A DNA stretch of 64,000 nt from an uncultured virus (IMG/VR IMGVR_UViG_3300006923_000016) (taxonomy: Duplodnaviria > Heunggongvirae > Uroviricota > Caudoviricetes): positions 1-64,000 of the IMG/VR virus record IMGVR_UViG_3300006923_000016; one strand, given 5' to 3'. Both the position numbers and the translations under genes were made by a program. The notes beneath the pieces are model-generated. The model was not told the origin of the DNA. It saw nothing but the letters and a program-made list of their open reading frames with translations, and ran no database searches. Below, in pieces: positions 48,987 to 56,781 of the stretch (positions are counted from its first letter, which is position 1; the number at the start of each line of letters is the position of its first letter).

Positions 48987-49563
48987 AAGACACAAGAAAG
49001 TAGGGGAACTCCTCGATTCTATACCCCTTACTGCCAACATGCAGAAGAAGGAAGAGGTAAGCGTTAAAGAGCTAGTCCCCAGCTTTCCAGGCGGTAGAAA
49101 GAAGATTGATTGGTATGTTAAAGAGTTAAAGTTAGTAATTGAAGTTCATGGTCGACAACATTATGAACCCGTAGCATTCGGTAATAGAGGAGACGCCAAG
49201 TTTCAATATGGGAAGCAAGTAAGACATGATATTGATAAGCAAAACGCCCTCCTCGGAGCAGGGTATCTTTACCTCGAAATACCGTACTGGATTAAACTCA
49301 CCAAAGATTGGTTCCTTCAGGCGATCACAGAGCTGGAACACGAATCACGTACCAAGCCTGATGTTGGGCCTACAGCTAAGCCTGTTCGACAACCTAGAGT
49401 TGGTAATAAACTCCTATCTAGGGGGTTTGAACCTCCCTCAAAGCACAATCTTCTGTCAGGAAATCGTCTCAGATCTAGAGGTTTTCCGAAGAAAGATACT
49501 CCTAAAGACACCTGGAAGCAGGATTTAGAAAAAATAAAGGATACGCATGATCTCAATGACTGA
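48976..49563 (+). CDS. DUF559/Vsr-like endonuclease
   Basis: IDWY---LKLVIEVHGRQHY, D--K---L--G--YLEIPYW. Confidence 0.78.
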   Translation: MASKRHKKVGELLDSIPLTANMQKKEEVSVKELVPSFPGGRKKIDWYVKELKLVIEVHGRQHYEPVAFGNRGDAKFQYGKQVRHDIDKQNALLGAGYLYLEIPYWIKLTKDWFLQAITELEHESRTKPDVGPTAKPVRQPRVGNKLLSRGFEPPSKHNLLSGNRLRSRGFPKKDTPKDTWKQDLEKIKDTHDLND

Positions 49564-50206
49564 TGCGGAAGCGACAGAAACACTTCCAGAAGAAATGGAC
49601 ATCATGTCCTTTGAAGCTGGTGGGTTACCACCAGAACTACTCAAGGCTCTCAGTGAGAGCGGAAAAGATAATAGAATCATTGGCCTATTTGGCGATATTG
49701 GACCAGAGATCTCATCTGCTGTGTTAAGTGCACTTGTTTCACTACAGATGGAGAGTCCTGACGAAGAAATAACTATCTTCATTAATTCAGGTGGCGGTAA
49801 TGTTACCGACGCTCTTGCTATATGGGATGCAATTGAAGCCTGTACTTGCCCTATCGTCATGGTTGGCGTTGGAAGAGTCATGAGCGCAGCTGCTTTCCTT
49901 ATGTATGCAGGAGATAAGGGACGGCGCTACCTTTCCCCCAACACACTGGTTATGGCTCACCAAGTAAGTTATGGAGCTATGGGAACATACTCTGAAATGA
50001 AGGTTCAGCACCGTGCAGCAAGCATGCTCAAGGAAAGAATGATTGACCTCATGGCAAAGAGAGCTAACCTTAAGGGTTCTATTGTCTCTCGTAGGAAGAA
50101 GCTCGCAAAGGTTTGGGAAGATGCACATGACCAGTATTTCTGGCCCGAAGAGGGCATCGAGGCACTAGGCCTAGCAGATAATATCGGCCTGCCTCACTCG
50201 GAATAA
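49547..50206 (+). CDS. clpP: ClpP-family protease
   Basis: IFINSGGG-V, AIWDAI, G-VMSAA (catalytic Ser), M-HQ, DQYF---E----GLAD. Confidence 0.9.
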   Translation: MISMTDAEATETLPEEMDIMSFEAGGLPPELLKALSESGKDNRIIGLFGDIGPEISSAVLSALVSLQMESPDEEITIFINSGGGNVTDALAIWDAIEACTCPIVMVGVGRVMSAAAFLMYAGDKGRRYLSPNTLVMAHQVSYGAMGTYSEMKVQHRAASMLKERMIDLMAKRANLKGSIVSRRKKLAKVWEDAHDQYFWPEEGIEALGLADNIGLPHSE

Positions 50207-50209
50207 CAC

Positions 50210-50410
50210 ATGCACCTTAAGTCATACGTTGAAACAAGCCATGTCTGGGACGAGGACACTCAGAAGTTTGTCCCCGTCCCCACTGAAACCTACTATATCG
50301 ATGGACAAGAAGTAACTCGTGATACCTACATGGAGAAAATCGCAGAGTGGGAGAGCACGCTTCTTCTAACCGATCCAATTGAGGATAATGAGCAATCCAA
50401 AGCAGATTAA
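50210..50410 (+). CDS. Hypothetical protein
   Basis: 66 aa; YYIDGQEVT. Confidence 0.6.
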   Translation: MHLKSYVETSHVWDEDTQKFVPVPTETYYIDGQEVTRDTYMEKIAEWESTLLLTDPIEDNEQSKAD

Positions 50411-50939
50411 GGTAGTCCACTACGGTGAGCCAATTACCAAAAGTAATGCTCACCACTATAAGTGGAACCATAGAAAGAAGAAGATGGATGTTTTCATCGA
50501 CACCCCTAAGGTGGAGTATGAGAATGCCCTTCGGGAGACCGCTATCAAAACGGTAGAGGCCTTGGGACTGACGGAGCCAATAGCTGGACCAGTTATCATC
50601 TCTATCCGATACTTTCTAGGGTCACGACGTGCGAAAGACCTGACGAACCTTCCGAAAACAACCTGTGATGCCCTAAATGGAGTGGTCTACGATGATGACT
50701 CGATGATCGTCAAGGCTACCCTCGCCAAATATTATGATAAAAACAATCCGCGAGTCGAGATCGTAGTCACTCCAGCTAAGGACCTTAAAACACATGAATG
50801 GCCTATCGCAGAACGTTTCCTTGGTGAGAACCCAGATCGTGCAAAGTCTCGAAGAGCAACTGAAGTTAATTCTGCCCCCAAACCAGCCTATAAGCCCAAG
50901 CGTAAGCGAACTTATAAGCGAAAGCTTAAGAAACGTTAA
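50388..50939 (+). CDS. rusA: RusA-family Holliday junction resolvase
   Basis: GEP--KS, DLTNLPK---DALNG-VYDDDS-IV, NPRVEI. Confidence 0.87.
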   Translation: MSNPKQIKVVHYGEPITKSNAHHYKWNHRKKKMDVFIDTPKVEYENALRETAIKTVEALGLTEPIAGPVIISIRYFLGSRRAKDLTNLPKTTCDALNGVVYDDDSMIVKATLAKYYDKNNPRVEIVVTPAKDLKTHEWPIAERFLGENPDRAKSRRATEVNSAPKPAYKPKRKRTYKRKLKKR

Positions 50940-51330
50940 TACAGAGTCAGTTGAAGATGACTTCCAGATTATTGTAACTAAAATCTGGGAGCTGTTGTCT
51001 CTGTATCGAGGAAACCGAAGCCAAGCATATGAATACATTTGCAGGCATCTTTCTACCTTCATTTCCACATTTTCTAATTCTAGCGATCCTTGTCTCTGTG
51101 TTTATTCTCCTAGCGAGAGTAAAAAGCAATTGACACCACCTCCAATGGAGGCTATTATAGACCTATGGTACATGCATCCGTGGGATCAGTATCTTTTGTG
51201 GCAATACAACGTCGAAGAACGCAGTGTCCGAGACATTCAAAAACTAACTAGTGTTAGTAAAACACTAATAGCTAGAGATTTAAGGAATATACATGGCTAT
51301 TCTGAGAAAAAACATTTCCAAGGGCTATGA
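50794..51330 (+). CDS. Sigma-70 region-4-like HTH protein
   Basis: C-terminal YNVEERSVRDIQKLTSVSKTLIARDL HTH; start uncertain. Confidence 0.5.
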   Translation: MNGLSQNVSLVRTQIVQSLEEQLKLILPPNQPISPSVSELISESLRNVNTESVEDDFQIIVTKIWELLSLYRGNRSQAYEYICRHLSTFISTFSNSSDPCLCVYSPSESKKQLTPPPMEAIIDLWYMHPWDQYLLWQYNVEERSVRDIQKLTSVSKTLIARDLRNIHGYSEKKHFQGL

Positions 51331-51757
51331 GCCCCAGACCCAGGCAGACATTGTCGCCCAAAAGTTCCCACGAGAGGACACTAGAATCGCTACCTTTAAG
51401 GCAGAGCACAACACAGATATGGGCATTGGCAGTTTGCCAGCCCTGAGTGGTGATTTTAACGACGAAGACCAGTTCACGGCATTCACTATTAACACGATGA
51501 GAATGAGACGGTGCTATGAATGGCAGTATACGGCCTGTGACCCTGGTAAGGAGCTTCAGTGGCGATCTGTTTTGAATGCACGCTCAGCTTCACGACTCGA
51601 CCTACAGGCACAGGCAGAAAAAGCAGCCGACGTTATCTTCTCCCAGGAAAATTGTTTGGGTATTAGAATTAGTGTCGAGAATGGAATTGAAGCAGCCTTC
51701 AGTAATGAAGTGCCAGCAGAGGACCCAACCCTGGTCCTCACATACCGTAGAATCTAA
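51293..51757 (+). CDS. Hypothetical protein
   Basis: 154 aa, AAGGA RBS. Confidence 0.75.
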   Translation: MAILRKNISKGYEPQTQADIVAQKFPREDTRIATFKAEHNTDMGIGSLPALSGDFNDEDQFTAFTINTMRMRRCYEWQYTACDPGKELQWRSVLNARSASRLDLQAQAEKAADVIFSQENCLGIRISVENGIEAAFSNEVPAEDPTLVLTYRRI

Positions 51758-51786
51758 TCCCCCTTAGACATCTACTACTCCCTGGA

Positions 51787-51818
51787 AGGTCATCTCGGCA
51801 TAGCTGAGGTGGCCTTTT
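51787..51818 (+). terminator. Rho-independent terminator
   Basis: AAGGTCATCTCGGC/GCTGAGGTGGCCTT stem with G-U pairs, followed by T-rich sequence. Confidence 0.7.
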
Positions 51819-51840
51819 CTAGTTTCCTTTAGGGGTTCTT

Positions 51841-52059
51841 ATGATAATGCTGAGCAACAAGACAGAATTTAGACCAGTAGTAGCGTTAGTCTGGGAGATG
51901 GGTGTGCAGCACGGTGCTGAAAACCCTGTCTCAGCAGCTATGTGGGTCATACCTACCAAGCTCGAATGCTCCTACCATTCATGGATGCCTAGCCCTCCTG
52001 AGAAGGTTCATCTATGCTGGGGAAATAAGGATCTTCACGAGGGAATGTGCTCTTTATAA
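51841..52059 (+). CDS. Small protein, tandem MLLIS-like array member 1 (MIMLS)
   Basis: 72 aa, first of five consecutive small ORFs. Confidence 0.6.
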   Translation: MIMLSNKTEFRPVVALVWEMGVQHGAENPVSAAMWVIPTKLECSYHSWMPSPPEKVHLCWGNKDLHEGMCSL

Positions 52060-52241
52060 GCCACAATCCTACCTACAGGATAATACCCCTAGAGGAGTGG
52101 AGTCGGTGGAGCTTCAAGGCTATGGGACTCGAACGCTACCTCTACTTTTACGACACTATCTACAAACGCCATCCTCTTATCTCTCATCTTTACCTTACAT
52201 TGAGAGCCCGTGCTGGTTACGATCTTCTAGGTCGCTGGTAG
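52047..52241 (+). CDS. Small protein, array member 2 (MLFIS)
   Basis: 64 aa, GTG after GAGGGA. Confidence 0.6.
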   Translation: MLFISHNPTYRIIPLEEWSRWSFKAMGLERYLYFYDTIYKRHPLISHLYLTLRARAGYDLLGRW

Positions 52242-52266
52242 AGTCTGATACACTATAAGGACATGT

Positions 52267-52452
52267 ATGTTATTCATGACTTTAGATAAACCAACCTCTC
52301 CTTCAATCAGGCTACGATGGGGCCGCTTTGATTGGTGGGAGAACGATAAGATTGTATGGCACATTCCTTTGAATGAACATGGAGTCATATGCTTTAAAAA
52401 CATCCATCTCAACTACGCAAAATATCGGTTGGTACTGGCCATATATAAATGA
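52267..52452 (+). CDS. Small protein, array member 3 (MLFMT)
   Basis: 61 aa, AAGGA RBS. Confidence 0.6.
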   Translation: MLFMTLDKPTSPSIRLRWGRFDWWENDKIVWHIPLNEHGVICFKNIHLNYAKYRLVLAIYK

Positions 52453-52673
52453 TCTTACTGACTTGTGGGCGACCAATTTATACCCCGGCAAAGCTGGGTA
52501 AATTCACCTTTTACCCTGGCACAGCTAAGCCTCGTGAGTTCATCCACCGCTTTAGATTCAAGACAGATGTGTGCTTCGAGATCAATTCCTGTAAAGACAT
52601 TGTCTATGATCAACACATCTTCACTTTTACCCGGCATTTGCATCTACGCTGCGTGAATGATCTTCCTATCTAA
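52449..52673 (+). CDS. Small protein, array member 4 (MILLT)
   Basis: 74 aa, ATGA coupling. Confidence 0.65.
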   Translation: MILLTCGRPIYTPAKLGKFTFYPGTAKPREFIHRFRFKTDVCFEINSCKDIVYDQHIFTFTRHLHLRCVNDLPI

Positions 52674-52872
52674 CACACTTAAGCGCGCGCCGACGTTAGT
52701 CGGACGCTACACTTGGGCCTCAGGCTCATCTAGAGTTACGACTCACCACTTCAAGGCTCATGAGCACTGCATCTGCTGGGATATAGAGACTGAGGTTCAG
52801 ATCGCAATAACCCTGGGTGCTCTTGTGCTTACTAAGCATCTTCACTTCTACCTAGGAGCCATCAATGATTGA
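52657..52872 (+). CDS. Small protein, array member 5 (MIFLS)
   Basis: 71 aa; paralogous to member 4. Confidence 0.65.
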   Translation: MIFLSNTLKRAPTLVGRYTWASGSSRVTTHHFKAHEHCICWDIETEVQIAITLGALVLTKHLHFYLGAIND

Positions 52873-53353
52873 TTTATATACTTCCGAAGGTTACTTTACG
52901 CAGACTCGACGAGTCCTTGATCTACTATCAAAAGGAAACACCGAAGAGCTCGCGAACTTTGAGCTAAGCCCTCTCAATCACCCCTATTGGTCTCCATACT
53001 TCCTTCCATTTGAGGATGAAGTCTATGCCATCAATTTTGCCAAGACTCACACCTATATTATCCTCGAAGAGACTGGTGAATTTACTTGGGCTCAAGCGCT
53101 TTGGGAACATGAACTCCCCACACGCAAAAAAGCTCCCCGTACCCACGAGGAGCCTTGCTTTTTGTGCATGCCAGGGCTTACGGTCTGGTCGAACCGATGG
53201 GTTGCTTCAGACCCCGATCAGTGTGCCTGGTACATAGGGATAAAGATTATGTCCGATGATAACTTTCTAGAATCGCGAGGCGTGCCTCTGTACCCGTTAG
53301 GCGTACAGAATGCTCTGCTACCTCCGTCTGCCGTAGCAAACCTAGTTGGGTAA
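52865..53353 (+). CDS. Hypothetical protein
   Basis: 162 aa, AGGAG RBS; last + strand gene. Confidence 0.7.
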   Translation: MIDLYTSEGYFTQTRRVLDLLSKGNTEELANFELSPLNHPYWSPYFLPFEDEVYAINFAKTHTYIILEETGEFTWAQALWEHELPTRKKAPRTHEEPCFLCMPGLTVWSNRWVASDPDQCAWYIGIKIMSDDNFLESRGVPLYPLGVQNALLPPSAVANLVG

Positions 53354-53462
53354 CTTGGTCTACTGTTACGAACTTCGTGATAGCAGTGAGAATGCTATTT
53401 ACAGCAGACTCTAGAGCCCTGACTCGTCTTTCTAAGTCTAGGTATTCATTAGTGGTTGGCAT
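53247..53462 (-). CDS. Small coiled-coil protein
   Basis: LERRVRALES...EARLAILES heptads; follows the upstream stop directly. Confidence 0.65.
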   Translation of the reverse strand: MPTTNEYLDLERRVRALESAVNSILTAITKFVTVDQVTQLGLLRQTEVAEHSVRLTGTEARLAILESYHRT

Positions 53463-53768
53463 TTATAGTAGGTCTCCATCGATCTCCTCTTCAGTGATCG
53501 TTATTGTTGCGCCTTGAGCATCAAGGTCGGCGTTGTATTGATGGTCAGGAAGGAAGCTGGTATGCTTTTCAACAACATTAGCTCCAAAATAAGCAGCCCA
53601 TAAAAGGGTAAGCACGGCAGCCCAAGTAGATTCCCCAATCAATACCCAAGTAAAGTTAACACCCAAAGCAACAGCACTAGCACTGGCTAACGTAGGAGCA
53701 ATAAGCATAGCAGTAGCAAGGCTAGTTAAAAGCCAAGCTGCTCTAAGCTTTCTATTCCCTCGTTTCAT
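53463..53768 (-). CDS. Membrane protein (holin-like)
   Basis: Two to three TM segments, basic N-terminus, YFGANV-EK, acidic tail. Confidence 0.6.
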   Translation of the reverse strand: MKRGNRKLRAAWLLTSLATAMLIAPTLASASAVALGVNFTWVLIGESTWAAVLTLLWAAYFGANVVEKHTSFLPDHQYNADLDAQGATITITEEEIDGDLL

Positions 53769-53770
53769 AG

Positions 53771-54100
53771 TTAAGATCTATCGTGTTGGTCCTTCATCAT
53801 CTGCTTAAGCTCAAGGAGCGTAGCTTCAATGTGAACAAGCCGAGAACTCACCTCTACAAAGGCTTCCTTTTTAACAGTGTGTTCTTCTAGGTTGGTAAAC
53901 TTTAATTCAAGTGCCTGAATCTTTAGATTTATCTTATTGTGAGTAGTAGTAGCATCCTTTTCATGCTTGTCTAGCTGTGTCTCAACAATAGCGTCCATGT
54001 CTGCCGTAAAGCTTGACTTAAGCCTGTAGTAGATTGTAAGCAAGCCGCCAAACAGTCCGACAAGACCAATAGCGCTAGTTCCGATTGTAATAGGCTCCAT
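53771..54100 (-). CDS. Single-TM coiled-coil protein
   Basis: N-terminal TM followed by heptads. Confidence 0.65.
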   Translation of the reverse strand: MEPITIGTSAIGLVGLFGGLLTIYYRLKSSFTADMDAIVETQLDKHEKDATTTHNKINLKIQALELKFTNLEEHTVKKEAFVEVSSRLVHIEATLLELKQMMKDQHDRS

Positions 54101-54123
54101 CTAGTATCCCCTCTGTAAGACGA

Positions 54124-54444
54124 TCAAGACCAACTCGAACCACATCTGCATGTTGTTTTCGCATTAGGGTTATTAAATTGAAACCCCTTACTGAAGGGCT
54201 CATCAATGTAATCAATCTCAGTGTCCTCTAACAAAGCATATGAATGACTATCCACACACACCGTCAGATCCCCGGCACTAAAGACTATATCCTCTTCGTC
54301 TGGCTCATCAAAATCTAATGCATAACTATATCCAGAACATCCACCACCCCTTACGGCTACCCGTAGGGCTTTCCCTTGGCATTCAGAATCTTCTTGCATT
54401 GTCTGTAAGATTGTTGTCGTTGCTATTTGAGTTAGGCTTATCAT
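54124..54444 (-). CDS. iscA: A-type Fe-S carrier (IscA/HesB/ErpA family)
   Basis: LRVAVRGGGCSGYSY, IDY, F-FNNPNAKTTCRCGSS. Confidence 0.93.
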   Translation of the reverse strand: MISLTQIATTTILQTMQEDSECQGKALRVAVRGGGCSGYSYALDFDEPDEEDIVFSAGDLTVCVDSHSYALLEDTEIDYIDEPFSKGFQFNNPNAKTTCRCGSSWS

Positions 54445-54450
54445 ATAATT

Positions 54451-55608
54451 TTATTCCTTAAGTAGGCGAGAAAGCTCTTCTAGTCTTTTTTCTGGACGTT
54501 TTAAGCCAGCTACTACCGTATAGACACGAAGCTTGCCCCTACCAGATTCATAGATTCCTCTGTGAACAAGCGCATCTCCGACAATATTAGCAGTCGTGTC
54601 GAAGCCAAATTCAATAGCATCCATTAATCCCTCAACTTCTGCGAAAAGATCTCTACCTCCGACGACTACAGTAGCTACGCCCTCAGCCGTACTAAGGTCA
54701 AAGCCTCCTGCAAGCAAAGTCTTTCCAAGGTTATCCTTCAGTGCCTTACTAATAGAGGTATGAGAAGATACATCCCTTACGGTAGTAATGCCTAATAGCA
54801 TACAACCACTTAGGGAGAGTAGGGAGTCGAAATCAGCAGGATCAAAAGACGTGTACTCACTGTTCTTGATTGTAATAACGTTAAGTGTATGGAAAAGTCC
54901 AGCCACAGTGTTATTGACGGTCGGCCAGAACTGCTTGACTGTCATACGAGGATAAAGCTTCTTAATCTTATCGTTATCAACAATTAATAGTGGAGCAATC
55001 TGACCTACTTCTGCCATAGTGCACAGATCAGTCACTAGATTCTTAGCATTCTGAGCTACTCTAGGAGAGGCACACTCTCCTGAGGTTGGTAGAGCAATCA
55101 CTACGCCAGTTCTTCGTTCAGCATCAACATGACCAATATAGCGTAAATATCTCTGAGCCAGGTCGATCAAAACTTTACAAGATCCACCGCCAGATCCACC
55201 GCCTGCTCCAGCAGCCACGAAGATCCTATCAACCTTACCGAAGGTCTTAAGCATTAGGTTGTAGATGTCCTGATCACAGGATTCAGCGGCCAGTCGACCA
55301 GCTTCCATGTTCTTTCCAGCACCCTTCAAGTCACCACCTAGATGAACCTTCTGATTCTCTGGTAGCTGTATGTGATGAAGGTCGTGCTTAGCTGTGTTGA
55401 CTACAAGAGCTTTCTTATATCCAAGCTTATAGAAAGCCTCTACTAAGCGACTACCACCCTGGCCACCACCTAGGAAGGCAATTTCAATAGAGCCACCATG
55501 AGTAGACTCAAGACCGATGTCCTCATCTTCAGGGATTTCAAAATCTTCAATAGGAAGATCAGGAATACCTAAATCAAAGTCATCTTCTTCGTTAAATTCT
55601 TCAGTCAT
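54451..55608 (-). CDS. Tubulin/FtsZ-family GTPase (PhuZ/CetZ-like)
   Basis: GGGQGGSRL, VNTA--DL, GAGKN---G, GAGGGSGGG signature loop, DND, FDPADF. Confidence 0.88.
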   Translation of the reverse strand: MTEEFNEEDDFDLGIPDLPIEDFEIPEDEDIGLESTHGGSIEIAFLGGGQGGSRLVEAFYKLGYKKALVVNTAKHDLHHIQLPENQKVHLGGDLKGAGKNMEAGRLAAESCDQDIYNLMLKTFGKVDRIFVAAGAGGGSGGGSCKVLIDLAQRYLRYIGHVDAERRTGVVIALPTSGECASPRVAQNAKNLVTDLCTMAEVGQIAPLLIVDNDKIKKLYPRMTVKQFWPTVNNTVAGLFHTLNVITIKNSEYTSFDPADFDSLLSLSGCMLLGITTVRDVSSHTSISKALKDNLGKTLLAGGFDLSTAEGVATVVVGGRDLFAEVEGLMDAIEFGFDTTANIVGDALVHRGIYESGRGKLRVYTVVAGLKRPEKRLEELSRLLKE

Positions 55609-55647
55609 AGTAGTGACTCCTTTTTGTAGAGTAGAGTAGAGCTCTTA

Positions 55648-56781
55648 TTATACCAGATCAGTCTCTATCATCATCTTTACTAAGTCGTCAACGGTGTGCG
55701 TTGCCTCCCAGCCTAGTACCTGGTTAATTTTAGTTGGATTGCCTAACAGATTGGGGACTTCAGATGGCCTCATGAAACGTGGATCGTAATCCACATACTT
55801 TTCCCAGGCCGAATCGTCCAATCCAGCGGATCGAATTGCACTGCGTAGGAAGTCTCGAACTGAGATGGACTTGCCTGTAGCAACAATGAACTCGTCTGGC
55901 TCATCTGCATCCAGCATAAGATCCATAGCCTGCACATAATCTCCAGCGAAACCCCAATCTCTTCGGGCGTCAATGTTTCCAAGGCTGATTGTTTCCGCCT
56001 TTCCCTGTGCGATTGCAGAAATTCCAAGAGTAATTTTTCTTGTAACGAAGTCGCTCCCACGACGAGGTGACTCATGATTGAAGAGAATCCCGTTGCAGGC
56101 AAAAAGACCATACGCTTCGCGGTAGTTTTTAACAGCCCAGTAGGCTGCAAGCTTAGCAACACCATAGGGACTCCTAGGGTAAAGAGGACTGTCTTCAGTG
56201 TAGCCAGTAGAGGGACAGTCAAGTCCACCAAATAGCTCACTAGTAGATGCCTGGTAGAACCTAGTCTCGGGAGAGTTCCTCCGAATGGAATCCAAGACTA
56301 CAATGACCGCTCTAGCATCTGTATCAAAAGTCTCTAAGGGTTCCTTAAAGGATTGCCCAACGTGAGATTGAGCAGCTAGATTGAAGTACTTCTCAGGCTT
56401 ATACTCTTGAACTATCCAGTTGATAAATGAGGCGTCCTTTATGTCTCCAAAGCAGGAGATGAAGGATGGGTGATCAGCAAAAAGGGTTGTATTTTCCCCC
56501 AGCCCAACCCGGGTACTTTTTCTCCTGTCGATCCCGACGACCGTATAGCCCTTGGCTAGAAGATGCTCGGCCAAATACGACCCGTCCTGACCCGAAATGC
56601 CTGTTATCACAGCTGTTTTCATTTTAATCTCCTTAGCAAGTAACCAAGCCTTAAACTCCTCTAAGCCAGAGCATCGCTTTCGAGAGAAATGAACACTAAG
56701 CCCCTGGAAAGTAGTGAAATGCTTGCCACAACAATCAAAACCATCCTGTCCACTGACTCCAGTTACTATTGCTGTCTTCAT
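55648..56781 (-). CDS. gmd: GDP-mannose 4,6-dehydratase with duplicated N-terminus (canonical start 56622)
   Basis: ITGISGQDGSYLAE-LL-KGY, NLAAQSHV--SF, YQASTSELFG, SPYGVAK, GILFNHESPRRG--FVTRKI, RDWG. Confidence 0.95.
   Translation of the reverse strand: MKTAIVTGVSGQDGFDCCGKHFTTFQGLSVHFSRKRCSGLEEFKAWLLAKEIKMKTAVITGISGQDGSYLAEHLLAKGYTVVGIDRRKSTRVGLGENTTLFADHPSFISCFGDIKDASFINWIVQEYKPEKYFNLAAQSHVGQSFKEPLETFDTDARAVIVVLDSIRRNSPETRFYQASTSELFGGLDCPSTGYTEDSPLYPRSPYGVAKLAAYWAVKNYREAYGLFACNGILFNHESPRRGSDFVTRKITLGISAIAQGKAETISLGNIDARRDWGFAGDYVQAMDLMLDADEPDEFIVATGKSISVRDFLRSAIRSAGLDDSAWEKYVDYDPRFMRPSEVPNLLGNPTKINQVLGWEATHTVDDLVKMMIETDLV

Noticed and set aside
49395..49490. Short peptide repeat GNKLLSRGF / GNRLRSRGF
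   Set aside because: Two degenerate copies in a low-complexity basic tail; no further support.
2642..49528. Shadow ORFs starting MVLLS, MILLS, MILMS, MILVS, MLLIT or MILIS (2642, 3257, 13285, 16245, 35042, 49226)
   Set aside because: They lie wholly inside clear genes in an alternate frame and arise from codon bias. Not counted as family members; used as a caveat for the tag finding.
889..51129. Numerous antisense ORFs of 60-140 aa in the track
   Set aside because: They overlap well-supported genes on the opposite strand and show no recognisable motifs.
51841..52872. Diversity-generating retroelement as the source of small-ORF variability
   Set aside because: No reverse transcriptase and no near-identical TR/VR repeat pair seen in the window.
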